A stretch of 64,000 bases of DNA from Lama guanicoe (Eukaryota): positions 12,197,689-12,261,688 of the forward strand of contig MU055657.1 of assembly GCA_013239625.1 (NCBI GenBank), written 5' to 3'. This document shows, in pieces, positions 51,613 through 64,000 of this stretch. The notes under the pieces were generated by a model. The model did not search any database, was not told the DNA's origin, and worked only from the letters and a program-made list of their open reading frames with translations. The number at the start of each line of letters is the position of its first letter. Position 1 is the first letter of the stretch. Position numbers and translations under genes: made by a program.

Positions 51613-52014
51613 GAGATAGTTAAATTTTCCAGGTGAACTTCCACTGCAGAAAACATTTTCTCAAATGTAATTCCATTTGGAATTTTGTAAGTTCCAACAC
51701 AATACTTGGATTTATAGTTTATGGAATTATTTAATTAAGAAACAAAACTGTAACCATTGAATGGAAGTTATAGTTCAGCAATTTGTTTCAATGAAAGAGA
51801 ACTTCTTAACAAGAAAGCTGTCAAACAGCAAACACTGTTAAGTCATGAGTTCTCTTTTATGTATATTATTCAAGGCATCTGAGAGGAGTACTTTGGGAGA
51901 GTCCTCTATTGTACTGCTTCCCAAATTGTTTTTATATCAGAATCACCTGCTGATCCAGGGACCACACTTCGAAAACCAGCGCTCTTTTGGGTAAGATGTT
52001 GGGCTGCCTTTAAG

Positions 52015-52177
52015 GCGGTGGCTCTCAACCTTGACATACACATGAGACTCACTGGAGAGGTTTAAAAGAATCCAAATGCTCAAGCCATACGCCAAACCAA
52101 TTAAGTCAGAATATCTGCCTGTGGGACCCAGTCATGTTTTAAAAAGCACTGCAGATTATTTCATTGGTTGCCAAAGT
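52015..52177. mobile_element. MER5A-like hAT element
   Basis: ggtggctctcaaccttg...ccaattaagtcagaat...ttttaaaaagc... Confidence 0.55.
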
Positions 52178-52279
52178 ATTGTTTCTCTAATGATTTTTAT
52201 GGTTCTAAATAATTTTTAAAAATTGTGTTACCACTTATTGGCATTAAGATAGGATTTCCTTTGTAAAACTTATCACCAT

Positions 52280-52600
52280 CTCATGAAAAACAAAGAAAGA
52301 CTTAGCAACCATTACAGACCTTACGGCAGTAAAGAGACATGGTGATTATGTGGAAGTAATATCCTGATTTGGATCTGAAATTAAGAGAGGACATTGATGG
52401 AAAAACTGATGAAATATGAATAAATTTGTAGTTTTGTTAATGGCATTGTACCAATGTTGATTCCTTAGTTTTGACAAATGTACCATAGTTGTATGAGATA
52501 CTAGCGTTAGGAGAAGCTGGGTGAAGGGTCTACTGGGATTCTCTGTACTGTCATGGCAACTATTCTATACCTTTAAAGTTATTCCAAAATAAAAGGTTTC
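52280..52600 (+). mobile_element. Old L1 (L1MC/ME-like) 3' UTR fragment
   Basis: tgtaccaatgttgattccttagttttgacaaatgtacca...agctgggtgaaggg...ttattccaaaataaaag. Confidence 0.65.
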
Positions 52601-52823
52601 TTTTTTTTTTTTAAGTCATCTTCCATACCTACATGAGAAGCAATAAATAAAAATCCAATGAAGAATTTGTTGTTCCATATTCTAAATTTATTTACTCACA
52701 TTTGACTTTCATTTACAGTTATAAAAATTATGTCTTTCTTAAAAGCATGGTCATTAATCTCATTGTAAACACAACTACTTGTGTTACTGTGTTAGTTGTG
52801 TTATTCCATTCCACAAGTGCTAC

Positions 52824-53212
52824 TTATGTTAGTCCATTCAGTCTGCCATAACAAAATACCACAGACCGGGTAGCTTAAATGACAGAAATTTATTTTTTCA
52901 CACTTCTGGAGGCTAAAGTCCATGATCAAGTTACCTTGGAGGTTGGTTTCTGGTTGAGAACTCACTTCTTGGCTTGCAGATGACTGTCTCCTGCTGTGTC
53001 CTCACATGGCCTTTCTTCTGCTGTGCACAGAGATAAAGAGGGATCTCTGGTATCTCCTCCTCTTCTTATAAGGTCACTAGTCCTATGGGATTAAAGCCCT
53101 ACCTTTAAGATCTTGCCTATCTTTTATTACCATTTTATAGGCTCTATCTCCAAATCACACTGGGAGTTAGGGTTTCAACATAAGAATTGTGTTGGAACAC
53201 AATTAAATCTTT
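52824..53212 (-). mobile_element. MLT1A/MST-type MaLR LTR
   Basis: ttagtccattcagtctgccataacaaaataccacagac...gctgtgtcctcacatggc...ttagggtttcaacata. Confidence 0.8.
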
Positions 53213-54291
53213 ATCAGGACTGTTAGCAAATGGTTTCCTTTTCCTATCTGCACATTTTGCAAACTGGTGATATTTGATTTTACCTTTCTGAGGACAATGC
53301 AAGCACATTTCACACTCACTGACAACCATTGTCCTTTGAAACTATTTGCTAAAATTGGGTTTTGTATTGTATATTATATGATTTGAATATTTCCAAATAA
53401 TTCCTTGCTAGCTTCGTTGTTCTGGAATGACATATTCTAATGATCACGTTAGAGAATCTTCCAATAATATTAATTCCACTTTTTCATTACTTAGTATCAT
53501 TTTAACTCAGTTGTATGTTTTGTGAAACATCTGTCTCCAAACTAGAAAATGGTTTTCTGTATGCCAGAGATGATAGTATGTGAACAAATGTTTTCCTCTT
53601 CTTTAAGAGCTGTCTGGAAATGGAAGGAAAAGGCCAGTCAAGAATGATAAATTATGTTTAAGATCTAAATTCTCTTGCTTTTTATGTCTCTCCTATGTCA
53701 GAGTATACTAACATGGGGGAGGAGAGAGAGCTAAAGCTTTCACTATTCCTGCATTAAAATATTCCTGTTTCACTGGAAAAAGCAAATATGCCTACACTTT
53801 GTTAAGCGTAAGTGACATTTTTAGATTAGCAGAAATCTAGGTCAAAGTTCTTTTGCAATCTTCAAAGTACTGCTTTCCGTTAAAAACAAAATGGAAACTG
53901 GAATTTCTCAAAGCAGCCCCTGGATGATTTTCATTAAATTGATAAACTCTCAGATATATTGTACATGAAAAGCTTTCTGAAAAGGCACTGCTGCTGTGGA
54001 AATGTCACTGGGACCAATTTCAGATGGTTCCTGCGCTTGGTAAAAGGCCTTCTATCCTAGTGTTAGATAATGTGACAATGCCGGTAGATTATTCTTAAAG
54101 GTGAGACAGTGGTCTCTGTGGAGGAGTAAAACAGTACATGTATTCTGTTTGTGTATCTGTGCAGAAACTGGGACAACATAAAGAGGTTCACTCTATGTAA
54201 AAAATGCCAATTGAACAGCATTTCAATAAAACCAATAAACTCCTAAATGGCCTTGATTTTAAGTGCTGAATATTTGCATTTGCTTTCTCAG

Positions 54292-54384
54292 GCAAGATGG
54301 CCAAGTCAATGGATCTACTGATGCTTTAAACAATCCGTCCACTAAAGCCATTGCCTATTCTTATGAAGCCAAGAAGACTCGCAG
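54292..54384 (+). CDS. SCEL: Candidate additional SCEL non-repeat exon, QDGQVNGSTDALNNPSTKAIAYSYEAKKTR (93 nt)
   Basis: tttgctttctcag|G...CGCAG|gtactg; open, phase 2-2, multiple of 3; same donor hexamer as the next exon. Confidence 0.65.
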
Positions 54385-55097
54385 GTACTGTGGTCAATTA
54401 TAAAACAAATGACACAACTATTCGCCTTCTGGATTTTTTCTTCCTTTTTTTTTTTTTAAACATTCGCATACAACCTGATCCTTCCTTTGAAATGCAGAAC
54501 TTTTAAAATGTATCAGTGACTAAACAGGCTTATACAAAAGTGTTGTGTAAGCAACTTGGTCATTGAGAAGTTGTGACTTTTGGATAGGAAAGTGTAAAAT
54601 GTGATTTTCCCTAAGAGATCTACAATTTCTTTTTGTAAAGAATGATTGTGACATTGACATTGATATTCTTTAGGTACGTTTAAAGGTTTCATTAAATCAG
54701 ATATTACCATGTTGGTTAATTAAGGTCCATTTTTGGCTTGAGATACATAGGGAAAGTTATGGTTTGGATATATGAATGAGATATCAGGGAAATGGACACT
54801 AAAACATATTACACAAATATTCCAAATAGTCATCATGCTCTACAGCAGACTTACTGAGTGACCAATTTTCATGATAGTAATCTGCAAGTAGGCCATGATA
54901 GTGGAAGTTGAGACAAAATGGGAGACATAAATTTTACAGAAGTAGACTAATAGCACTTTAATATTTATATTTCAAAGTTACAGTTTAGAAGGAATATATG
55001 AGCATTATTTTTTTCACTGAATTGGATAATTGCCTTCTTAATTTGACCATCCTTGTAAACAAACTTTAACCATAAAGTAAAATGGTTTGTGTTGCAG

Positions 55098-55169
55098 CTC
55101 CAACGCCGAAACTAGGCATGTGGGACCAAAGGACACTGTTGTGTACACAAGGACATACATGGAGAATAG
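55098..55169 (+). CDS. SCEL: SCEL exon, SNAETRHVGPKDTVVYTRTYMEN (72 nt)
   Basis: gttgcag|C...AATAG|gtactg; matches recalled human SNTGAKQAGPQDTVVYTRTYVEN. Confidence 0.94.
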
Positions 55170-55308
55170 GTACTGGAAATTGATTGAAGTGTTTTGCTAT
55201 ATATATTTTATAATTTTGAAATAGTCTATGTTTAAGAAGAATTGCCATTATTTTAGGGTATGCTTGCTTTTTTTCAAATAGCAGAACATTTAAGAGCACA
55301 TTAAGTTC

Positions 55309-56595
55309 CAAAATGGCTTAAAGACTTAAACATAAGACAAGACACTATAAACCTCCTGGAAGAAAACATAGGCAAAACATTCTCTGACATAAATCTTAAC
55401 AATGTTCTCTGAGGACAACCTAACCAGCTAACAGAAATAAAAGCAAAAATAAACAAATGGGACCTAATTAAACTTATAAGCTGTTGCGCAGCAAAGGAAA
55501 CTATATAAACACAACAAAAAGACAACCTATGGAATGGGAGAAAATATTTACAATAGATGAAGCTAAGAAGGGCTTACTTTCCAGAATATACAAACAGTTC
55601 ATACAACTTAATAGCAAAAAGACACACAACCCAATCCAAAAAAGGGCAGAAGACCTAAACAAGCAGTTCTCCAGTGAAGACATATAGATGGCCAATAAGT
55701 ACATGAAAAAATGCTCAATATCGCTAATTATCAGAGAAATGCAAATCAAAACTACAATGAGGTGTCACCTTACAACAGTCAGAATGGCCATCATTCAAAA
55801 GTCCACAAATGACAAATGCTGAAGAGACTGTGGAGAAAGGGGAACCCTCCTACACTGCTGGTGGGAATGCAGTTTGGTGCAGCCATTATGGAAAACAATA
55901 TGGAGAGTCCTTAAAAAGCTAGAAATAGACTTAACCACATGATCCAACAATCCCACTCCTGGGCATATATCCAGAGGAGGCTCTAGTTCAAAAAGACTCA
56001 TGCACCCCAATGTTCATAGCAGCACTACTTACAATAGCCAAGACATGGAAACAACCTAAATGTCCATCGACAGATGACTGGATACAGAAGTTGTGATATA
56101 TTTATATAATAGAATACTACTCAGCCCTAAAAATGAATAAAATAATGACATTTTCAGCAACATGGATGGGCCTAGAGGTTGTCATACTAAGTGAAATAAG
56201 CCAGAAAGAGAAAGAAAAATGCCATATGATATCACTCATATGTAGAAACTTAAAAAAATGACATAAATGAACTTATAAAACAGAAACAGACTCACAGACA
56301 TGAAAAACAAACTACAGTTACCAGGGAAGAATGGGGGTGGGGAGAGAGAAACTGGGAGTTTGAGATTTGCAGATACTATTATACATAAAATAGATAAACA
56401 ACAAGTTTATACTGTATAGCACAGGGAACTATGTTCAATACATTGTAGTAACCTATAATGAAAAGGAATATGAAAAAGAATATATATATACATGTATGAT
56501 TGAAACATTATGCTATACACCAGAAATTGGCATGACATTGCAAGCTGATTATACTTCAATTAATTAATTAATTAATTGATTGATTATTTTTAAAA
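55309..56595 (+). mobile_element. 5'-truncated L1 (ORF2 C-terminal remnant plus 3' UTR)
   Basis: Disrupted ORF2 peptides ([11 protein letters not shown]...), 3' UTR, A/T tail; TSD taagagcacattaagttc (55291) / taagagtatattgagttc (56596). Confidence 0.92.
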
Positions 56596-58234
56596 TAAGA
56601 GTATATTGAGTTCTAGGTATATAACTATAATCTTTCCAGTATTAAGTAGTTGTCAAATACTTATGCAAAGTAATTGATGGACCAAATAATATTTTAATAT
56701 AACACATGTATACATAATAGGGCAGTTATTTGAAAGTTGCCACATAAGCATACATGACCATAAATAAACTTTATAAAATCACACAACTATTCCCATGCTA
56801 ATTTGGAGTCACGCTTTAATTAAATAGTTCTGTCAACTGTTGCTTACCTCTAAACTGAAATAAAGGATATAACTTTTAGTAAATATGCTCTGGCCCACAA
56901 AACTGCTGCTTGATGTGATGGAAGTTGAGGAAAATGTCAACCAAAGTCAGGGATTCACAAGCCATTCAATTTTTAAGGAGCAGAAAAACAAGAATTAGCC
57001 TAATTGTGGGGGCCTTAATGGTGGGGCGTGCCTATGTGGGTATACGTACACATTTGTTAACCATAACCCACTTTAAAGAGCCCAGAAAACAGGGTATCTG
57101 GGGAGGGGGCTCCCAGAAATTTAGGGCGTATCAGGATTTCTCAAACCGACAAATAGGTTACCTTGTAAAATACAACCTCGAGTTTGATTTTTCTACTTAA
57201 TCCAATTCTCCCTAAAATTGACACTGACAGCTCAGTATGGTATAGAGGATCAAATATGGGACTGACTCTTAGCTTGTCATTTACTGACCAAGTAGTCTCG
57301 GCAAAGTTACTTAACCACAGTTTTCTGACCAATAAAATGAGAGTAATGGTATATGCATCATGCATGAATATGTGCAGATTCTTATTTAGCACTGTGAGCT
57401 ATGTGTTCCATAAAATGGGATTCTATTTCTGACAGCAGTCTGCCTACCGGCAGTTTAGAGGGAAAGATTTCTCATCAGGAAATCCCAAGTGAGGGCTGTG
57501 GAGTTATCACTCACTGTATGAAATAACAGGGACACACTGCTTCCAGTCCTAATATGCTCACAGGTAGCACAAGTACTAGGGAAGCAGTTGTGGGTTCACC
57601 AGCTAGTCAGTGCATCGCAGACCAGACTTCACTTGTCTCCAGGAGAGAGTGATGTTTACAAACTAGAGCAGTCTAAGGGAACAAACTGGATTTTTAAAAG
57701 TGACAATATTTTTGCTTTCATTCTAAAGTATTCTTAGATGTTTTCTAAGTAAAACTAAAAACTGCTATAGCTTTCTCTAAAAGTTCAAGAGTATTTCTCT
57801 ACATGAGTGGTGTCTGTCTGTTTGCTTGCACTGGCTCGTGCTTTGTGTATTTTTTTTTTATCTATGTTAGACTACAGAGAGCTTTCTTTTAGTAAAAATA
57901 AGGGCGGTGCTGGTATAAAGTTCACGAAAAATACTAACTGCTTTTCCTGCTTACACTTGTTCTTGCCTGCTCCTTGCCCCATTCTGTATTAACTTTGGTA
58001 GATATGTCAATTTATATTAACCTGGAGGTGGCTTGCATATCAGTAGTCTCCAGATTAAAAAGAGAAGTGTCAGTACATTGTCCTGGCTTGTGACATCACA
58101 AAGAATTCACAAAGAATAGTTAGAATGAGGCTGCGTGAGTGGGGGCATGTGTGCTTCCTCTCTTGCATGGGGGTATATACTTCAGGACCAGGGAAATAGC
58201 CCAATTCTCACATGTCCAACATGTCTGTTTCTAG

Positions 58235-58309
58235 TAAATCACCAAAGGATGGCTATCAGGAGAATATCTCTGGAAAATACATACAAACTGTTTATTCAAC
58301 TTCAGATAG
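58235..58309 (+). CDS. SCEL: SCEL exon, KSPKDGYQENISGKYIQTVYSTSD (75 nt)
   Basis: tttctag|T...GATAG|gtgagt; same peptide as recalled for human. Confidence 0.96.
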
Positions 58310-60589
58310 GTGAGTATGTCTTTATTTCCGTACATCAAAGTATCCACTTTTTAAAAAGTGTATCTATCCTTATATATTATATGTGTGTATATATTTCTAT
58401 AAATACTGTATCAGATATGTGTATATATACTATATATCATATGTAATATATATTTTAGTATATATATAGCATTGAAATATATGTTTATATTCTTCTCCAC
58501 TGAACTTGGAAATGACACTCTTGACAGTGATGGTTCTATTGGTGCGTGTATGAGTGGAGCGAAGTCCAGCAACCTCTGCATCCAGGAGTTTGTTCCTTGG
58601 TTTCCTGGCTGTTGTTCTTTAATTTTGATGCACTTGATTCCAATAGAGCTTTCTGGGCCTTTCAGCTGTCTCCCAGACCCGTGTCTCCGCTGTCAGTGAT
58701 CCCAGGAGTCCCCAGTACTGCCACATTATTAGCATCTAGGCTTCACTGCGTCCCTAGACTGTGGCCTCAGCCCTCGCTCCTTGTGGTTTTCTGAAGCCAG
58801 CGCACCTTGCAAACAGCTTGGTGGATATACTGCTGTGACCCACGTGGGCCCACGCGCAGTTCCCAGGAGGGGGTTACAATAAACCAATTTAGTGCTGGTA
58901 AACTGACCCCAGGCTTTTACTCTTGGTTATTCTCTTTTTCCATTTAATGTTCAGTGAGGCAAATATTTGATGCTCATGAGAGTGTGGTCTGCAGACTTCC
59001 AGCGGAGGGAATGAAGTAAATAATTAGCATTTCAACCCAATCACTGGAAACCAGCTGTAATGCCAATTTCCAGTGTTCTATTGATGGTGTTTCTTTATAG
59101 TGGGGCTGGAAATACGGCTCACTGCGGATAAGGACATAGCTCATTTTTATGCATAGCCCCAACTTGTAATGCAGTGCTTGGCATCTCAGTACTCAAAAAA
59201 CAATCCCTGAAAAAACAAACTAAGGGAAACATGGCCATCAAATTTATACCCCTTGGTCACTTTTTTAAAACCTTATATTACCAATGCTCTTCTGAGTGTC
59301 TTCCCTTTAAGTCATCTCTCTGGTGTGCCCATACAAGCACCAAATACCGTCTAGATAGCCAAAAAATCAGAGCTAGATTTTTCGTAGTGTTTTGAAAAGC
59401 TCTTTAACTTAAAGTATGCTCTTAATAAGGATGGCATTAACATCAGAGCTTTCCCTGGGCTCATATTTTTATTGTTAACCTAAGGAAGGAAAACATTCTT
59501 CATTGAAGTGTTGCTCTTAATATGAAGAATTTCAATCCTGTTCCTCATGTGATCCTGGAAATTTTTTTTAGTCATCAGAGCAGAAGTCAATTCTCTGATA
59601 AAACCAGTCAGTCAAGCAACTTTTTCTGTTGATTATTGTGTGAAATTAGCTGTGTCCCACCCCACACCCCCTAGTTCTTATCTGAACACGTCAATCCCAT
59701 TTAAAGTGGCCAGTGGCACTTTACAGGATAAAGAATGGACATGATTTATGGGCCTTTAAAGGGAAGCTGGTCCTGCAGAATACTGACTGATGCTCAGTGA
59801 CTCCAGCCACCCTCATTGTGTAGCTCCTTGGAACATCCCATTCACTCTGCTTGGAATCCCTCCGTTGCACCCCTCCTCTCCTCCCCGAGATCACCTTGAG
59901 AGCACCTCTCTCTCCTGGAGAGTGCCTTCACCTTCAAGCTTTAACTCACATGGCACTTGCGCTGACAAGTCTCTCCTGACTTCACCCTGGGGATTAGTTG
60001 CTCCGTTGGCTGTGCTCTCCTAACTCTTTCCCCACATCTGTAAATGTGGTGATCAATGAATCGTGCACCTGGCTACCCCAGTGGAAAGAAAGCTTCTCAT
60101 TGGCAGAGACCATCTCACGCTTCCTTATTTTCCCAGCTCCTATCTCAGTGTCTCTGGAAAGGAAGCATGCTGGAGAGCACCTGTTTTCTACTCCTCAAGT
60201 GCTCACAGTCTTACACGGGAAATTGAAGTATGTGTGTACATATGTACGTATGGGTATAAATAATGCCTAGGAGACTATCTGCCAGGAATATATAAGCAAG
60301 TAGCTAGAGAGATCATTGAAAGAGGGAAATATTTATCTATATACATAAGGGTTAGGAGAGGTTACCGGAAAGACTGAGAGTCTAAAACTAGTCAAGGTTT
60401 GTCTACTCCAATCCCTTTCCTCTCCCACCATCTCCTCCTGTCTACTTCCCCTGCTCTCTGCTTCTAGTCTTGAGCCGGATGATAGGATCCTGGTTTCTGG
60501 GCATGACTAGTTCTTTCTAACCCAGTGGGCCCAGTAGACCTCACAGGCAGGCCCAGAGGGAGCGCAGGACTCTGGGGCCGCTCTGCCTT

Positions 60590-60790
60590 CATTCACACTC
60601 TGCCTCTGCCGTGCTCTGGCTGCATGACAGGAACAACTTACTTACCCTTCAGTGCCTCTTCTGTAAAATAGAGATAAAAATAATAGTGCCTGCTTCTCAG
60701 AGATGTCGTGAAGAGTAAATGAGCTCATATAAGCAAAGTGCACAGGGGCTGCGCTGGACGTGTGACACTGTATTAGTGCTGTGTGAGTCT
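60590..60790 (+). mobile_element. MIR SINE
   Basis: tctgtaaaatagagataaaaataatagtgcctgcttctcagagatgtcgtgaagagtaaatgag. Confidence 0.65.
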
Positions 60791-61656
60791 TCACTATCAT
60801 TATTTCACCGCCCCATCGTGTGTCCTACTCTGGAAGTCTCAGGCATGTGTGCGAACGCCCCGAGACTCGTAAACTCTGCAAGGCGCTATTTAAGACAGTG
60901 CTAAGACCTTCCAGAAGGAAAAAAATCACACAGTTATTGACCTTTCTTAAGGCTTCGGAGTCACACAAGGTCTTTTGACTTGCTGATCATTTATGAACAG
61001 TACTAAACATTATTTTTCCAAAATAAATAACAAAACTCTTTTTCCCCATAACATTTGTGGTGAGGTTATGTCACGTTGGAGAATTTTTGTCATGAAAAGC
61101 ATTCCAATATTCTAAGTCTTACAATGACATTGAAAGAAATGTGTGGAGGAGCACCTTGGTGTCTAGACCCTAGCGTCTAGGACACCACAGGTACCAGCCA
61201 TCATTTGTGAATTTACCAACACATTCTTGAATAGATTTCTGTTTTTGTCCTATTGAATGTTTTAAGAGTTAAAATTTTATACTAATCTGCAGCATAATTT
61301 TTCTATGATATATGTACATTAATAATTCAAAACCCTCTTCTAGCTTCAAGGGGTACTTATGACCTAGTTCAATTAGGAAACTGTGAACATCTTTGCTCTG
61401 CCCAGATGCACTGTTGATTGCTAATGAATTAATAATTTGAGATTTTCCTTCATGTTAATTCTTTGATATCATTTTGAGGTAAGGAGAAGAATCAACTCTA
61501 TCACTAGGATAAGTAAGTCCTGAACTTTCCTTGATTTTTACACAATTTACTAAAGTATCAACAAAATTAACATATCATTTCCATATGACTTTATGGGGAA
61601 TACATCTGCCTTTTGCATGATGACAAATTTATTTTTAATTGCTTACGTCTCTATAG

Positions 61657-61765
61657 GTCTGTCATTGAAAGAGATATGTGCACTTACTGTCGAAAACCCT
61701 TGGGCACAGAAACTAAGATGATTTTAGATGAATTACAAATTTGCTGCCATTCCACTTGCTTCAAG
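61657..61765 (+). CDS. SCEL: SCEL first LIM-domain exon, SVIERDMCTYCRKPLGTETKMILDELQICCHSTCFK (109 nt, phase 2-0)
   Basis: ctatag|G...TCAAG|gtaagg; CxxC...HxxC first zinc finger of a LIM domain. Confidence 0.97.
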
Positions 61766-62486
61766 GTAAGGATATGTTTATTGCATTTAACTCAATATAA
61801 ATTGCATAATGACTGGAGTAAAAATAATTATTTAATGAAATATATGAGATGAAGTTAAGGCTTTCAGAAACACTCTCATGCACATTAATAATGCACTATT
61901 TAAACATTTCTCAGAGTTCTGCAGCCTCAGCCTCCAAGATTTATAATTACTCTCTTGGCTCTAGGCTTAGAATTGATTACTGACACATTTATAACTCTTA
62001 CTCTACAGATTTAAACCTGTAAAAAGATAAACACTTGTTCTCGTTACAGAAGTTTTCTGCAGCATTTTCATAAATCATACATTACATAAAATTGATAATG
62101 AAAACCAAAAAGGAAAAGAAAGTGTTACTAAGAAAGCTAACAGCTCCCTGTATCATGAATTAGGACTGATGGGCTTAACAATGGTTGAGACTCTGCTTTT
62201 GAGAGCATGATTAATTATAATTAATTGTGGCAGTATAGTAACAATACAGCTTCCATAGAGAATGCTTCACAGTATGTGTTTTCATGTCATGTCTTTTCTT
62301 CTCACAAAAGCATTGGGTAGATCAACATTATGATTTTTGGTGTAGCTGGATGAGCAGTTGACTGGGAATCTGAAGAACTGAGTTGGCATTCTGACTGACA
62401 CTAATTGTGGCTGTGTGACTTTGGACAGTCACCTAAGTTAGTGTAGCCTCAGTTTCCTCATCTGTAAAATAAATAGCTGACTAGAT

Positions 62487-63251
62487 CAGTGGTTCTTCCC
62501 GAATGCACATTATAATCATCCGGGGGGATTAGAAGGAAAATAGAATGTTTGGTACTAGCCCCAATTAAATCAAGAATCTTAGAGATGATCCCTGGGAATT
62601 GGTTTTTGTTTTTAAAATTTTTTTACTTATTATTTTTTGGTGGGGGAAGGCAATTAGATTTATTTATTTTTCATCCTTTTTAAAATTGAAGTACAGTCAG
62701 TTATAATGTGTCAATTTCTGGTGTACAGCACAATGTCCCAGTCATGCGTATACATACATATATTCATTTTCATACTCTTTTTCATTAAAGGTTATTACAA
62801 GATATTGAATTGGTTCCCTGTGCTATACAGAGGAAATTTGTTTTTTAAATCTATTTTTATGTATAGTGGCTAACACTTGCAAATCTCAAACTCCCAAATT
62901 TATCCCTTCCCACCCCCCTTCCCCGGTAACCATAAGATTGGTTACTATGTCTGTGTACTATGTTTCTGTTTTGTAGAGGAGTTCATGTCCTCTTTTTTCT
63001 TTTTTTTTAAGATTCCACATAGAAGTGATATCATACGGTATTTTTCTTTCTCTTTCTAGCTTACTTCACTTAGAATGACAATCCCTAGGTCCATCCATGT
63101 TGCTGAAAATGGCATTGTTTTATTCTATTTTATGGCTGAGTAGTATTCCATTGTATAAATACACCACAGCTTCTTTATCCAGTTATTTGTCATTGGTATT
63201 TTTAAAAGCTCCTTAGATAGATCCAATGGGCAGCCAGTTTGAGAACTGCAG
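62487..63251. mobile_element. MER5A-like hAT element split by an L1 insertion, itself inside a MIR (~62335-62486)
   Basis: cagtggttct...tgcacattataatca... left half; tatttttaaaagctcc...cagccagtttgagaactg right half. Confidence 0.7.
62618..63191 (-). mobile_element. 5'-truncated L1 3' UTR
   Basis: aattgaagtacagtcag...tcaatttctggtgtacagc...tttatggctgagtagtattccattgt; related to the reverse complement of the 3' part of the L1 at 55309-56595. Confidence 0.88.
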
Positions 63252-64000
63252 CTTAAATCTCTGGGTCCTTTCTAGTACTAATTTCTGTGGTTGATACAAA
63301 TTATCTAATTCAATCAAGTAGGTGTAATAACTAGACAGTTGATTGCTTCTCCTTCAGTTAGCTTCAGACAGTGGCACAAAGCAATCATAAATATGATGTC
63401 TCATTTTGAGCAAAAAATTTCCAATTTCAGGCCATTACAGATAGAATTCTATATAAAATATAATCTGAAAATTTTGTAAGTATTTAATTGTGAGAGTGAA
63501 ATTTCCTTTTAGTTATTAAAATATGCTCAATGAAACAAAAGCTAGTCTACAAATCTTTATTTAAAATTGTTAATCAGAAAACTTTTTAAAAGAAGAAAAT
63601 TCTCCTGATTATTGCTTTGGTATAAATAAGAATAATTTCCATTTATTATACTTTGGGTGATTTATTTCCATTTTCAATTTAATTGTAAAATACCACTAAC
63701 TGAGAATAAAAATATCCCCACACTCCTAGGAAAAGATGGATTATTCTATAGCCATAATAATAGAGAACCATCTGAACTGGTTTAAACATGTCGAATTGAT
63801 CAATGACCACTTGTGTCAGTGAACATGGAAGTCAGCCAGTTGGCAATTGACTTGCTTCAGTGAGCACAGGTCTAAGGCAGATGTCAATTCTTCCCTGCCT
63901 CCTTAACCAACACAGCTTAAAACAAACTTCCCCCTAAACACTGTGTAGAATCAGGAGTTCGTTTCGTTCAGTGAGGCTATACCTGGACAGCATAGCTCTC

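Larger units (their letters stand above)
15033..61765 (+). other. SCEL: SCEL (sciellin) gene, partial; span from first to last coding exon seen in the window
   Basis: Spliced translation of AG/GT-bounded exons gives a Pro-rich segment, tandem ~20-aa LDNLIKV repeats, then ...YSTSDRSVIERDMCTYCRKPLG...CCHSTCFK, which is the sciellin architecture. Confidence 0.97.

Noticed and set aside
55301-56010. ORFs on both strands
   Set aside because: Fragments of degraded L1 ORF2 and its antisense strand.

Overview
Mammalian genomic DNA, very likely a camelid (four tRNA-derived Vic-1-type SINEs), with two assembly gaps. The window is an internal part of SCEL (sciellin, a cornified-envelope precursor) on the + strand, read by hand from splice sites and translation; only short exon fragments appear inside the supplied ORFs. 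It holds two Pro-rich exons, an array of mostly 60-nt phase-2/phase-2 exons each encoding one ~20-aa xQxLDNLIKV repeat (18.9-49.5 kb), linker exons and the first LIM-domain exon (61657-61765). The 5' exons and the last LIM exons lie outside the window. The main result is that the repeat-exon array appears to be turning over. I see 20 units versus 17 in the human protein as I recall it: one extra intact exon (25120), one extra exon that is in frame only via a shifted AG (27961) and one decayed fossil exon (21081). One human-matching exon has also lost its GT donor (27043). There is a probable extra 93-nt non-repeat exon (54292), a strong bias to rare AAG acceptors and a two-exon higher-order periodicity. 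Introns carry ordinary L1, L2, MIR, LTR and DNA-transposon remnants plus microsatellites. Human comparisons and repeat family names are from memory, not from a search.
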